Positions 41,771 through 56,190 of a DNA stretch of 64,000 bases are shown here, in pieces. This DNA is from Octopus vulgaris (lineage: Eukaryota), in NCBI GenBank assembly GCA_951406725.2, contig OX597817.1:105028001-105092000 (forward strand), in the 5' to 3' direction. The position numbers and the translations under genes are program-made. The notes under the pieces are model-generated. The model had not been told where the DNA came from. It did not search any database and saw nothing but the letters and a program-made list of their open reading frames with translations. Numbering within the stretch: the first letter of the stretch is position 1; every line of letters begins with the position of its first letter.

Positions 41771-42733
41771 GTGTGTGTATGTGTGTTATATATCTGTGTA
41801 TGTTATATATAGATACATGTTATATTTGTGTGCTGTGTGTATATGTGATATATGTGGGTGCGTTGTGTGTGGGTGTGTGTGTTCTGTGTGTGTGTGTGTT
41901 GTTTGTATGTGGTGTGTGTTTGTATACTATGTGTGTGTGTGTGTGTGTTGTTGTGTGTGTGTGTGTTTGTGTGTATATATATGTGTGTGACAAACAGACG
42001 CTGTCTGACCAGCAGTCACGGACACATCTATTCACACCCGCATACTAACCTCCTGATAACCCCAAAATCATTCATGCATAAAGGGGAAGTATACACCACA
42101 TTGGCTACTTCTTCTGTTCTCTCAGTTCAGCCTTTCTGCTAATACTGACAGGTCAGTAAAAACATACTTAAAATATTCTGAGATGTACAAAAAATCCATT
42201 TTAATTTTTGCTGTCAAAACGCTGTATATATATACCAAAGATTGTATATATATACATGTAATGTGACAATTTGCGACAACCAATAATTAACGCAACCAAT
42301 TCCCAATAATATATTTGTTTTATCCTTTTCTGCCAAATTTTCCCAAATATTCTCATCACACTATTGAACTTCTCTGTTACCAAACACTATATTTATACAT
42401 GTAATGTGACAATTATGTATAAAAAAACATTTTTGAATTCATAATATCCAATGTGACAATTATGTAAAAAACTTTTTTGAATGCATAATATTCAATGTGA
42501 CAATTATGTAAAAAACTTTTTTTGAACCCATAATATCCAATGTGACAATTATGTAAAAAACTTTTTTGAATGCATAATATTCAATGTGACAATTATGTAA
42601 AAAACTTTTTTTGAACCCATATTATTCAATGTTTCCTTAAATGTAACTTTTGACAATCTTTTACCAAAGAGTGAAACCGGTTAAGTAAATAAACATCGTT
42701 TAAATTGCATTTTCAAACCTTTTTTCTTATATA
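39025..42733. repeat. Large inverted duplication, ~1.7-kb arms with ~280-bp spacer
   Basis: 39025-40752 is the reverse complement of 41031-42733; identical ORFs on opposite strands; ~43-bp tandem repeats near the outer ends. Confidence 0.95.
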
Positions 42734-42766
42734 ATCCCACTCGTGCGATACCCCACAACTCAACTT

Positions 42767-42817
<51 letters not shown>

Positions 42818-42845
42818 CATGCATACATACATACATAACACACAG

Positions 42846-42879
<34 letters not shown>

Positions 42880-43462
42880 GTATATGTGTGTATGTATGTA
42901 AATACACAAGTAAGCACATAAATGCGAAACAAGATGGGAAAAATTGTACTCGAATAGAATAAGTACTAGGCGTACAGAGAATAAGTCCGAGGGCGATTTG
43001 CTCGACTAAAGGCGCTGCTCCAGCATGGTCGCAGTCAAATGACTGAAACAAGTAAAAGAAAAAGAAAAGAAAAAATATATATCTATGTATGTACACAGAC
43101 ATGACAGAAGTAAATAGACACGTCATGAACGTATTATATTTATTCTAACTTGTAACAATGAAACACGGCAGCTATTCTGTGATGGTCTTGGGAGCAATTT
43201 GGAGCAAAGGTTGATCAGAGCTGGTGGAGTGTGAGGGAAACAAACTCAGATAAATATGTGTCGATATTGTTGAAACGACTCCTAATATTATCTTTGCACT
43301 GAAAAATGCAAAGGGCATGTCTACAAAATATTAAATATTCACACTATAACAATCAATAAATAATTTGAACGCATAATTTCAGGGTTAAATAAATTTTAAT
43401 GATTATAAGGGTGTTTATTTACTTCTGTACTGTATATGTTTATGTATATGTTTATATATGTA

Positions 43463-43528
<66 letters not shown>

Positions 43529-43529
<1 letters not shown>

Positions 43530-44724
43530 TAGCTTAAGGTGACCCGCTCTACGCGCGGGTAAGAGTGTGGTTGTTACTTTCTGCTTCTTCCTTTCAGCAC
43601 GTAAAAAGCACCACCCGAACGTGGCCGATTGCAGCGCTGCCTTGACTGGCTTCTGTGCCGGTGGCACGTAAAATGCACCAACCGATCGTGGCCGCTGCCA
43701 GCCCCCCCTGGCACCTGTGCCGGCGGCACGAAAAAAGCACCCACTACACTCACAGAGTGGTTGGCGTTAGGAAGGGCATCCACCTGTAGAAACACTGCGA
43801 GATCAGACTGGAGCCTGGTGCAGCCTCCTGGCTTCCCAGACCCCGGTCAAACTGTCCAACCCGTGCTAGCACGGAAAAGGGACGTTAAACGATGATGATG
43901 ATGATGATGATGATGATTCTTCCTCTTTGTTTCTCTCTCCTTTCTCTCTCACTTTCCCACTCTCTTACTTTTCTTTTCTCTCGGACTCTCCCTCGCTTTC
44001 TCTTACTCTCTATCTTTATCTATCTCTCTCCCATTTATAAACAATAAAAGATCTTGAGTAAGTTGAGAAATAAAATATTTTGAAAGATCAATCATAAATA
44101 TCAGGCAGTGACAACGGAAAGGTCTGCTTCAAGCCAGACAGCAAAACACTAACATTTAAAAGGGACAGACGAACTTGCGAGCTGAATAAAAATAATAAAA
44201 TATTGGAAACCAAAGTTTGAAGGGATAGAATTTGAGGATAGTAGAGTCACCATGGCTGGCATTTCTTAACGACGGACAGCAACGTATTGACAGTTTAACG
44301 GCTGGCGTGAAATTTTGAACTTGATGTAAAAGAAAATTCCTAAACACCAAGTTTTGAAGTGATTCTTTCTCACGACAGTAGATTCACCATGGCAAGCATT
44401 CAAAACTTCTTCATCATGGACGGTAACACATTGACGATTAAAAGGCTGGCGCAAATTTTTTAGCTTGATGTAACAGAGAATTCCTTAGCATCCGCTCCTT
44501 TAAATTTGAATCCCCTTCCAACCCCATTTAGACCCCTTTTCACATTTTGGTTAATATAACCCGATTTCATTCGGGTCTACTGGGGCCACATTTTATAAGA
44601 TGAGGAATTTTGTCCTAGAGGTCACGCCTTTCATTTGAGGAAAAAAATAGTTGTCATGCAAACTTGCCAGCACTTTTAACATAGGTGTGCATATTTTCAG
44701 CTCAACCGACCACATAATGCACAC

Positions 44725-44730
<6 letters not shown>
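43529..44730 (-). mobile_element. Non-autonomous Helitron with nested SINE
   Basis: 3' hairpin acccgcgcgtagagcgggt + CTAG next to (TA)n; internal ~170-bp duplication; 5' boundary approximate. Confidence 0.55.
43595..43917 (+). mobile_element. SINE 3' portion with (GAT)n tail
   Basis: Repeated ggcacgtaaaaagcacc motifs, tggttggcgttaggaagggcatcc, (GAT)n tail. Confidence 0.75.
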
Positions 44731-44775
<45 letters not shown>

Positions 44776-44827
44776 GTGTGTGTGTGTGCACGCATTATAT
44801 ATACAAATGTATACAAATTATATATAC

Positions 44828-46185
<1,358 letters not shown>

Positions 46186-46206
46186 ATATATATATATATA
46201 TATATA

Positions 46207-46263
<57 letters not shown>

Positions 46264-46269
46264 CATATA

Positions 46270-46430
46270 TACGATAGGCTTCTTTCAGTTTCCGTCTACC
46301 AAATCCACTCACAAGGCATTGGTCGGACCGGGGCTATAGCAGAAGACACTTGCCCAAGATGCCACGCTGTGGGACTGAACCCGGAACCATGTGGTTGGTA
46401 AGCAAGCTACTTACCACACAGCCCACTCCT

Positions 46431-46432
<2 letters not shown>
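46270..46432 (-). mobile_element. SINE (family B) tRNA head
   Basis: Matches 61830-61995. Confidence 0.8.
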
Positions 46433-46477
<45 letters not shown>

Positions 46478-47246
46478 TAAATTAGAGATAAAACCCCTCA
46501 TAGGCAAATCAAATAGTGAAAAACATAAACCAAAACATAAAAATAAAAATATAATATACAAAATATATAAAATATAAAATTTAAAAATTTAAATTGTTTA
46601 AATTTAAAATTGAAATTATTAATTTATATTTATAATTTTTAAAAAATATATATAACTATCAAAAAGTATTAAAAAGTTTAATATACATAAATACAGATAT
46701 ATACACTTTGTATATATACATTATATATACATATTTATATATAGAACACACACACACACACACATATATAAATTAACCCAATAAATATCTGATTCATAAT
46801 ATTTGTTCTTATGATTGTGTGGTGGTGGTGGCGATGATAATTCTGTCTATGAATGCAGACAGATGTAGAGCGAGAGAGAGAGAGTGTGTGTTAAAGCGCT
46901 GTGGAATGCGGGGAGGAGGGGGAGATATAGAACGCCGTGACACGACGTTATAAAGAGAATGTGAAGGGGAGTTAGACGCTGTTAGACGACGTTATATATA
47001 GAAAGTGATGGGAAGGGAGGAAAGAGAATGAGTGACGGAGTAAGACAGATACATAAAAGAATGAGAGTAGACTTGTCAAAGTGCGATTTTGGCCCTAGCA
47101 ACGACACCTTTTAAGATAGGGATTTCTAACCTAGCCCACTGGCATCCTCACCTCATTTTACATGTCCCTGTAAATTTTGGAGTCAATCCGTCGGGATCTA
47201 GTTCTCAATGCCAAAACCAGACAAACAAACAAACAAACTTTTCGCA

Positions 47247-47320
<74 letters not shown>

Positions 47321-47329
<9 letters not shown>

Positions 47330-48137
47330 GTGAATGGAAGAAATGGAGTTGAACGAAGATTGTACAGAATTCCTTTTATTACATTCTACACATGTTTCAA
47401 AGGCCACAATTTTCCAAATTCTGATTAAATAAGGATACCATATTGCAGCTTTCTCTTCAGGAAAAAGCAGGAATTACGTTGCCAGAACAAAACAAAACAG
47501 AGGCGCAGCAAAGCAATTCGAACGAGGACGCTCCTTAAGAGCCCATGGTTAAACTGTTTATCAATGTACGTTGAAATCGGGGGGTTGGTGGGGGCCGACA
47601 AAAGGTCCGTTGGAATAATTACAGGTCAGGCCGCGGTCAAATCTAGTTCTCATTAATTCCTCACCTACTAGATTTGACCGCAGCCTGACCTGTAATTATT
47701 CCAACGGACCTTTTGTCGGCCCCCACCAACCCCCCGATTTCAACGTACATTGATAAACAGTTTAACCATGGGCTCTTAAGGAGCGTCCTCGTTCGAATTG
47801 CTTTGCTGCGCCTCTGTTTTGTTTTGTTCTGGCAACGTAATTCCTGCTTTTTCCTGAAGAGAAAGCTGCAATATGGTATCCTTATTTAATCAGAATTTGG
47901 AAAATTGTGGCCTTTGAAACATGTGTAGAATGTAATAAAAGGAATTCTGTACAATCTTCGTTCAACTCCATTTCTTCCATTCACTAATTATATTAAACTT
48001 CAATTATCCGCACCAACGCACAGTTGCAACACCAAATGGTCTTATCTCCAACCGTGTTTTTCTGCTGTGATTTTTGCTACCCAGGTATCGGTTAAACTTT
48101 TGAATAATCTGTAACAAGAAAATTCATCTTTCCATTT

Positions 48138-48145
<8 letters not shown>
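47321..48145 (+). mobile_element. Penelope-like pLTR with inverted partial copy (327-bp-arm palindrome)
   Basis: Arms 47321-47647 and 47667-47993, one visible mismatch, 19-nt loop; flanked by (TA)n. Confidence 0.85.
47839..47946 (+). ncRNA. Type I hammerhead ribozyme candidate
   Basis: CTGAAGA 47854-47860, stem II gaaagctgcaat/attgtggccttt, GAAAC-ATGT-GTA, stem I ttc/gaa extended by aattcct/aggaatt. Confidence 0.65.
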
Positions 48146-48186
<41 letters not shown>

Positions 48187-48709
48187 TTGTATGTATATAT
48201 ATACATATACAATGTGTGTGTGTTTAGGTGTGTGTGTGTGAGTGTGTATGTATATATCTATGTGTACGTGCCATTGTTTTTGTGTTATGTTTGTTACCTA
48301 CCACTGTTTGACAACCGATGTCAGTTTGTATACCTCCCTGAAAGGTTCGGCAAAAAGACCGACGGAATAAATACCAGGCTTGAAAATGTGAGAACAGAAG
48401 TCGCCTATTTTTAACTAAACTCTTCGAGGTGGTTCTGCAACATGACCGCAGTTGGAGTAAATCATAAAAGATCAAAGATAATATATTCGTAGTAGTGTTC
48501 TCATTTGCACTTAGCTAATGCTTCGTTGTTGGAGACAATGGAATAGGACAGATAAGTGTTGATTCAGTGATAAGTGTAGTTGTTGAACTCATGGGAGTGG
48601 GTCTGTGAGTCAGTCAAACAATACATATTCTAGTTGAAGTGGAAGAGCAAATGACATCATAATTAGGAGAATTAGGACACTGAGACCGAATGTATCAATA
48701 TATAATAAT

Positions 48710-48922
48710 GGTTTCAAATTTTGGTACAAAGCCAGCAATTTTGGAGGATGGGGCTAGTCGATTTCATCGACTCCAATGCCTAATTGTTATTTATTTTATC
48801 GACTCCGAAAGGATGAAAGTCAAAGTCGACCCTGGTGTTATTTGAATTCAGAACGTAAAAACGGACGAAATGGCGCAAAGTATTTTGCCCGGCTTGCTAC
48901 CAATTCTGTCAGCTCACTGCCT
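48710..48922 (-). mobile_element. SINE (family A)
   Basis: Reverse-complement similarity to 426-641. Confidence 0.75.
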
Positions 48923-49259
48923 TAGTCAAGCAATACATATTCTGAGCAAATGACATTTGCTCAGAATTAGGTCACTGGCTCAACTATATCAGTATATAAT
49001 AATGATAACAACTCTTTATCTCAAAATTCCAGATCACATTTACTTAATGATCACCTAAGATGGTGAAAATGAAGCGAGTGATTAAAAATTAAAACCCATA
49101 TTTATCTATGGATTAAACATATTCTTAAAGAACTAAGCAAGCATCCCCTACTGGTTAATTGGAGAGCTTAGGTAACAAAATCTTTATTTGAATATTGGCT
49201 AACTGATGCTAGTTGACTTTCTTCGAGTTTTCTTCCTCATACCTCACTCATACAAAATT

Positions 49260-50622
49260 TATCAACCTCTTCCTATAGTACCTGTTTCCTCCACCTCTAC
49301 AGCAATGACACGGTTTTATTTGTAAAATCGAAGCAAATGTAGCATCTTTGTCCAGCATGTTGACTCCTTTAAGGAGTCTAATCCATCAGCTATACTGATG
49401 TCACTCATCTTTCCAACCGAAGCCAGCCAATTCAGCGCAGCCTCCTTCCTAACTTTCATTTTCTGCTATCCAATCTCGCGAACCACAACACCTATCCTTC
49501 AGAAAAGGATAACAATCTAGCCGACTTTTTCGTCAGTAGGTCTTTCGTCTCAGGTACACACACTCCGGCATTTTCAAGTGTTTCGACCTTGTTGCCTCGA
49601 CCTCGACCTTTCATCTCCCGTACAATTACTCTAGTTGGCCAGAGTCTATATTCAACGTGATCCACCACTTTGACTGCATTTAACCATGCCTAATTTACTG
49701 CATAGCTTGTAGACCCTTTGGCACACTATATTTTGGGCGAAACGGGTAACTTTTGAAGACAGGTTTCCTGAGAACTTTTTGAGCGCTTCAAATAATGTCA
49801 AAGAAATCGTCAAAGTGTAACACTTATCCATCTGAGACAAAGTCACAAATGAGGCAAGTGATTTATCCATATCACGTGATTTCGAACTATGAATTAATTT
49901 TAGTTCTCGTCAGTGAATCATACTGGCCTGGGGTTAAAATGGTATCTTGCCTCATCATGCCCATGAGAAAACCGTTGAACAGCAAATATATATATGTGTG
50001 TGCGTGTGTGTGTGTGTATGTATATATACATACACACACATGCACACACACACACATCTACTGTATACTTTGTACATAATATTTTGCCACTCGTAGTTTT
50101 TGTAGTTGCACATTTTCACTGTCCTATTTTCATTATTCCAACCTTCTCCAACAACCTACGCTTCATCTCAGACCACTACACAATTTTTTTGAAATTGCAA
50201 GCCTTCCTAAAATTGCGCTATTTAGTTTTCTCATTATATCTTTCTTGCTCTCTTCTCCGACCTAGTATGTAAGCTTTAGTTTTAAAATTGAATATTTGTT
50301 GTTTTGTCGATCGCAATGTTCTCTCTGACTTCTTTTAACTTAGCTTTTACCACTTCTCTTCTATCCGACTTTCTTTTGATCCAAATTTTTACTACCTTTC
50401 TCTTTCACTTTATTTCCACTCATCTTCATCCCCTTTCACACTACTCATATCACCTCCCACACAACCTAAACTGTTCTCTCCCATCTTCCGATACCTACCG
50501 CTCCATAAAGAAGTGAAAGAGTAATTGTTTTCACCTCTTTATTTTTTCATTCGTTTCCCTACGACACTGGTAGTAGCCTCTAATTTTTTTCTCTCCGAAA
50601 AAGGCCTGCGTCCGAAATGGCA
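49260..50622 (+). mobile_element. Degraded Penelope-like element
   Basis: SFR..NNLADFFV, PGIFKC, CLIYCIAC..TLY.GETG..DRF (GIY-YIG-like); degenerate hammerhead ccgaaaaaggcctgcgtccgaaatgg at 50595-50620. Confidence 0.6.
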
Positions 50623-51025
50623 AACCAATTGCTGGCTTTGTACCAAAATTTGAAATCCTTGTTATATATTGACATATTCGAGCCAGTGTCCTAATTCTCG
50701 TAATTGTGATGTCATTTGCTTCAACCAGAATATGTATTGTTTGACTGACTCACAGACCCACTCCCATGAGTTCAACAACTACACTTATCACTGAATCAAC
50801 ACTTATCTGTCCTATTCCATTGTCTCCAACAACGAAGCATTAGCTAAGTGCAAATGAGAACACTACTACGAATATATTAACTTTTATGTTTTATGATTTA
50901 CTCCAACTGCAGTCATGTTGGAGAACTATCTCGAAGAGTTTAGTTAAAAATAGGCGACTTCTGTTCTTACATTTTTAAGCCTGGTACTGTGTGTGCGTGC
51001 GCGCGCGTGTGCGTATATGTATGTA

Positions 51026-51544
51026 CGAGTGTGAGTCAAAAAGTAATGTCATTTTGTTTAGGACAGGTATAATTACCAACGCAGGAACACGCATCATATA
51101 TTAAAAAGAAGCTGGTCCTCTGTGTATCACATCCCTATTTCTCAACATAATTACCGTTTCTCTCAATAGCAATGTTCCACCTTGGAATGAGAGCATGTAT
51201 CTCTCACCCGTAAAATTCCTCGTCACTGGAATAATGTTTGCCTCTCAAACTCTCTTTCATGGGGCTGAAAAGATGATAGTCCAGTGACGATGATTGTCCA
51301 GTGATGAAGAAGTGAAAACTGTAGTGAAGAAGTGGTTCAAAGAACAGTCAACAGAATTTTACAGGGCAGGGATACATGCTCTCATTGGAGGGTAGAACAT
51401 TGTTATTGAGAGAAACGGTGACTATGTTGAGAAATAGGGATGATCCACAGAGGATAAGCTTCATTTTGATATATGATACATGTTTCTGTGTTGGTAATTA
51501 TACCTGTCCTAAACAAAATGACATTACTTTTTGACTCACCCTCG
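51026..51544. mobile_element. mariner-derived foldback MITE
   Basis: TA|CGAG..TCAAAAAGT...ACTTTTTGA..CTCG|TA ends; ~190-bp arms encode the transposase C-terminus (EVKTVVKKWFKEQSTEFYRAGI..NGDYVEK*). Confidence 0.85.
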
Positions 51545-51563
51545 TAATACATATATGCACGCG

Positions 51564-51658
<95 letters not shown>

Positions 51659-51689
51659 GTACACATAGATATACATGGCATAAATAATA

Positions 51690-51803
51690 CCCACCAATAT
51701 GAATGCTGTTCAGTCCCACTGTGTGGTACGTTGGGCCCAGTCTCTTCCACTATAACCTCGAGCCAATCAAGTGGATTTGGTAGGTGAAAACAGAAAGAGG
51801 CTT

Positions 51804-51849
<46 letters not shown>

Positions 51850-52015
51850 CATGCGTGCGTGCGTGTGTGTGTGTGTGTGTTTGTTCCCCACCACCGCTTG
51901 AATGATAAAATAAATACCAGGCTTAAAAATAAATACTAGGGTTGATTCGGTCGACGAAACCCTTCAAAGAGTAGCTCTAGTATGGGCGCAGTCCAATGAC
52001 TGAAACAAGCAAAAG
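51690..52015 (+). mobile_element. Degraded SINE (family B)
   Basis: gttcagtcccactgtgtgg...gtggatttggtag...atgactgaaacaag. Confidence 0.6.
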
Positions 52016-52335
52016 AAAGTGGATGAAAAAATAACACACCAATTATTTTTGGTGCTTTCGACGCCGAAGTTACAGGGGCTGTAACAGAAATCGCACAACA
52101 TGTTTTACACGTGGGAATATCTTGAATAAACGATGATAATGGCAAAGAAAATGCTTTACTTGAATGATATGGAGCTGAATGCCGAACAAATTTTAAATTT
52201 AGAACGAAGTGATGAGGATGAAGGCCAAGATCAAGCTGAGATGCAAACGAAAAACAATCTTAATTAAAGAAGTAGATGCTATTATTAGAAATTTTGAAGA
52301 ACGAAAGGAGGCAGATCTGAAACAGATAGATAGAT

Positions 52336-52424
<89 letters not shown>

Positions 52425-52919
52425 AATGCAAGTCAAGAAGACATGTTGAAAATGCACTCTGCTGCTATAGGGTCATGTACAAAGACAAAGAAGTAAAGAA
52501 AAATCGAAAGAAACTCCCCTTCATAATATTGCAAACTAAAAACAATGAATACACTTTTCGTATATGCCGTTGCAAATCAATAAATTCGTAAAACATAAAA
52601 CACCGCCCAATTCTTTTATTTCCTTCTTTATGTATATCGATTTTCATACGCATTTTCCCCGTAAGGTATTTCGGTGAAGTAAAACTGAAATATTTTTCAA
52701 GTTCGAGACGTCAATCAGCGATTTTACACGTATTTACTATGAATTAGAATATTGGAACAATGCTCTTGCGGCATTCACTACCTTCAGTAATAAGGGTATT
52801 TGTGGGTTGATCTATATATTTCTATATGAGCGCGTGCGTTAACGTATATGCAAATAAATATCCGCTCACATGTGCGTGTGTGAATGCATATATATTTGTA
52901 TGTATATGAATATACATAT

Positions 52920-52984
<65 letters not shown>

Positions 52985-53006
52985 CGTAAATATATTTATA
53001 TACATT

Positions 53007-53044
<38 letters not shown>

Positions 53045-53107
53045 AACTAGAGTCGTTAACCAGCGGGAAAGGATGTTTTCCTGGAGTTTTAATGTAGTGA
53101 CATTTGT

Positions 53108-53493
<386 letters not shown>

Positions 53494-53721
53494 TCAATTC
53501 AACGAACAAGCAATTCAAAATCCGAACAAAAAACGAAGTGATAAAAAAAGAAACGAAAAGAGAAAAAGCAAAAAAAAAAAAACGAACTCGAGTACGTGCA
53601 TAAGTATAATATTAGTTAGACGCTCGGTGAAAAGAGAAAGTTTTAACGTTTCGGGCATGGCTTTTCGTCGGAAAGTAGAAAGGGAAACAATGAAAATCGC
53701 CAGCCGTCCATGTGTGGTTAC

Positions 53722-53818
<97 letters not shown>

Positions 53819-54324
53819 TCACACACGTAGAAACACAAACATACACACACACGCATTGTTGTGTCTTGTGAGGGTCATTACGCTAATAATAGTAAACACA
53901 CGTACTGTTCAATATCACTTCTTTACTGTTTGACAATCGGTTAAATATGAAACCAGCTAACTAGTCTATCGTTTATTTAAAGTGTTGGTTAAGCAATCAA
54001 TCTGTTTATTTGTTGAAGCCCTTTTAGTCGTTAAGCATAACTTCTTCAATGACGTGCTTTTTCTCTTCAAGGTCAGCCTTAAATTTGTGTAAAAATTAGT
54101 CTTAAACGTGTTTGTATGTAGATCTGTGGCGCTTACAGGAAAAGGGAAGTAGGAGAGTAAACGAAAAGTATATGTGTGTGCATGTGTGTGATGTGATTGT
54201 GCGTGTACACTCGCATGCCTGCCAGTACGTGAGTTTGTGAGTGTGTGTGCATTGTCACCCGTGATCTCTTTAATGCCGTTTTGTTTCATGTCACGAATTC
54301 ACATCAAGAATCTTGCAAGCCTAA

Positions 54325-54408
<84 letters not shown>

Positions 54409-54755
54409 TAATAATGGACTCGCCCGTTGTTAGACGACGTAAATGTTTTTTGCTTATAGTGATCAAATGTTTGTGTTTACATAACCTCACCACTTCCATC
54501 ATATAGACATCATCATTACAGGTGCACGACGTGCCACATGTCAGATGACGAAATGCTCGTACAGCAACGTGAAATGAAGTGTTTTGCTCAAGAACACAAC
54601 GCAACGCCCGGGGTGGGAATCGAAACCACAATCTCGGAAAGGATCGATGGCTACGCTTTCGAAGTCCGTATTCGTACTGAAAATCGCGATGAGCAAGATT
54701 TTTCCCCTTTGCATGACTTATTGGTTAGGGTGTGTATACATACACACACACACAC

Positions 54756-54756
<1 letters not shown>

Positions 54757-54844
<88 letters not shown>

Positions 54845-54889
54845 CCTACCTACCTACCTACCTACCTACCTACCTACCTACCTACCTAC

Positions 54890-54920
<31 letters not shown>

Positions 54921-54970
54921 CCTACCTACCTACCTACCTACCTACCTACCTACCTACCTATCTATCTATC
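54757..54970. repeat. (TCTA)n/(CCTA)n tract, left flank of the LINE
   Basis: Direct observation. Confidence 0.95.
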
Positions 54971-56146
54971 GGACGACTTGGTAATGATACCAGTCTATTT
55001 AAACAAAAGGGTCACGAAAGTCCAAATAAAAAACATACCATTTGATGTCGAAACACAATGGTTGGTCTCTGCCATCTGCTTTGAAATGACAGAGACAATG
55101 TCAGAGACAAACATCCTGGAAATCGCGGTTCTAGGAGAGAAAGACTACGTGGGCAAATCAATCGAATTCCTGCTTCAATTGGATGAAGCAGCAAGAGAGA
55201 AGATACCCACCGCTATAGAACTGCCAGGAGGCTACAAACTCTATATAGTGGTAGAGGGCAGGCGACCACGCTGCTATTTGTGTGGAAGCGAAACACACTT
55301 GAAAAAGACGTGCCCAACCACTGCACACCAAGAGCAACAACAACAACCACTACCACAACCAAAGCACTCCGGAAAAAAGCTCTACTACCCACACCACCAT
55401 CAACACAGAAGACGACAAGAGAAGCACACCAAGCTAATCCATCATCAACCAAAAACCACTCAACACCTGAAAAAATACCAACACCACCAACAACAGCAAA
55501 ACCCAAAGGAACAGAAAAACAAAGAAAACACACACAAACTGATCCCCCATCCCTTATACCGCACTCAACACTCACAAACACTCAACAACCAACAACAACG
55601 AAAACAACAACACAACCACTTACACAGACATACATAGAAGCCCACAACATACCCCTACCCCCTACTGATTCCTCAGAAATTTCGTCGGAAGACGAAACCA
55701 GTGAGGAATGGCAAATAGCTACAAAAAGAAGGAAAATAAAGAGCAGAAACACAACCAAACCAAATGCAAACACGAACAAAGCAGGGGGAAATACATCTCA
55801 CGAAGACATTTCAAAACCCAACGCAAACAACAGCCACACCAACACCACAAAAATATATACAGCAAACATGCTCACAGCTATAGACACCAAAAACACAAAT
55901 TTGATGGAATACATCCAATCAAAAACAAACATAACAGAAGATGACATAAAAACAAACAATCACCCATACACAACACCACCAGACCACATCAAAATATTAC
56001 ACATCTCCAAAAGTCTGCACCACACACTCAAAGGCATTTTCCCCAGCGCGGTTGGTAAATGCCAAAAATATATCACAAAGAAACTGTACTGGGATCTCCT
56101 CGAGGACAAACCAAAGGAGGAGAAAGCAAAAACTTTCGAGCAGTAA
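54971..56146 (+). pseudogene. LINE ORF1 (frameshifted)
   Basis: CCHC knuckle CYLCGSETHLKKTC; T/P-rich linker and WQIATKRRK continue in a second frame. Confidence 0.75.
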
Positions 56147-56190
56147 GTAACCCTCTGTTCCTTTCACTTGTATTCTAATTCATTAGGACT

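Larger units (their letters stand above)
48372..50986. repeat. Inverted duplication, arms 48372-48741 and 50626-50986
   Basis: Reverse-complement match by eye; ~150-bp core identical. Confidence 0.9.

Noticed and set aside
52150-52500. Acidic piggyBac-like N-terminus (AEQILNLERSDEDEG)
   Set aside because: Too short; no TTAA-bounded TIRs identified
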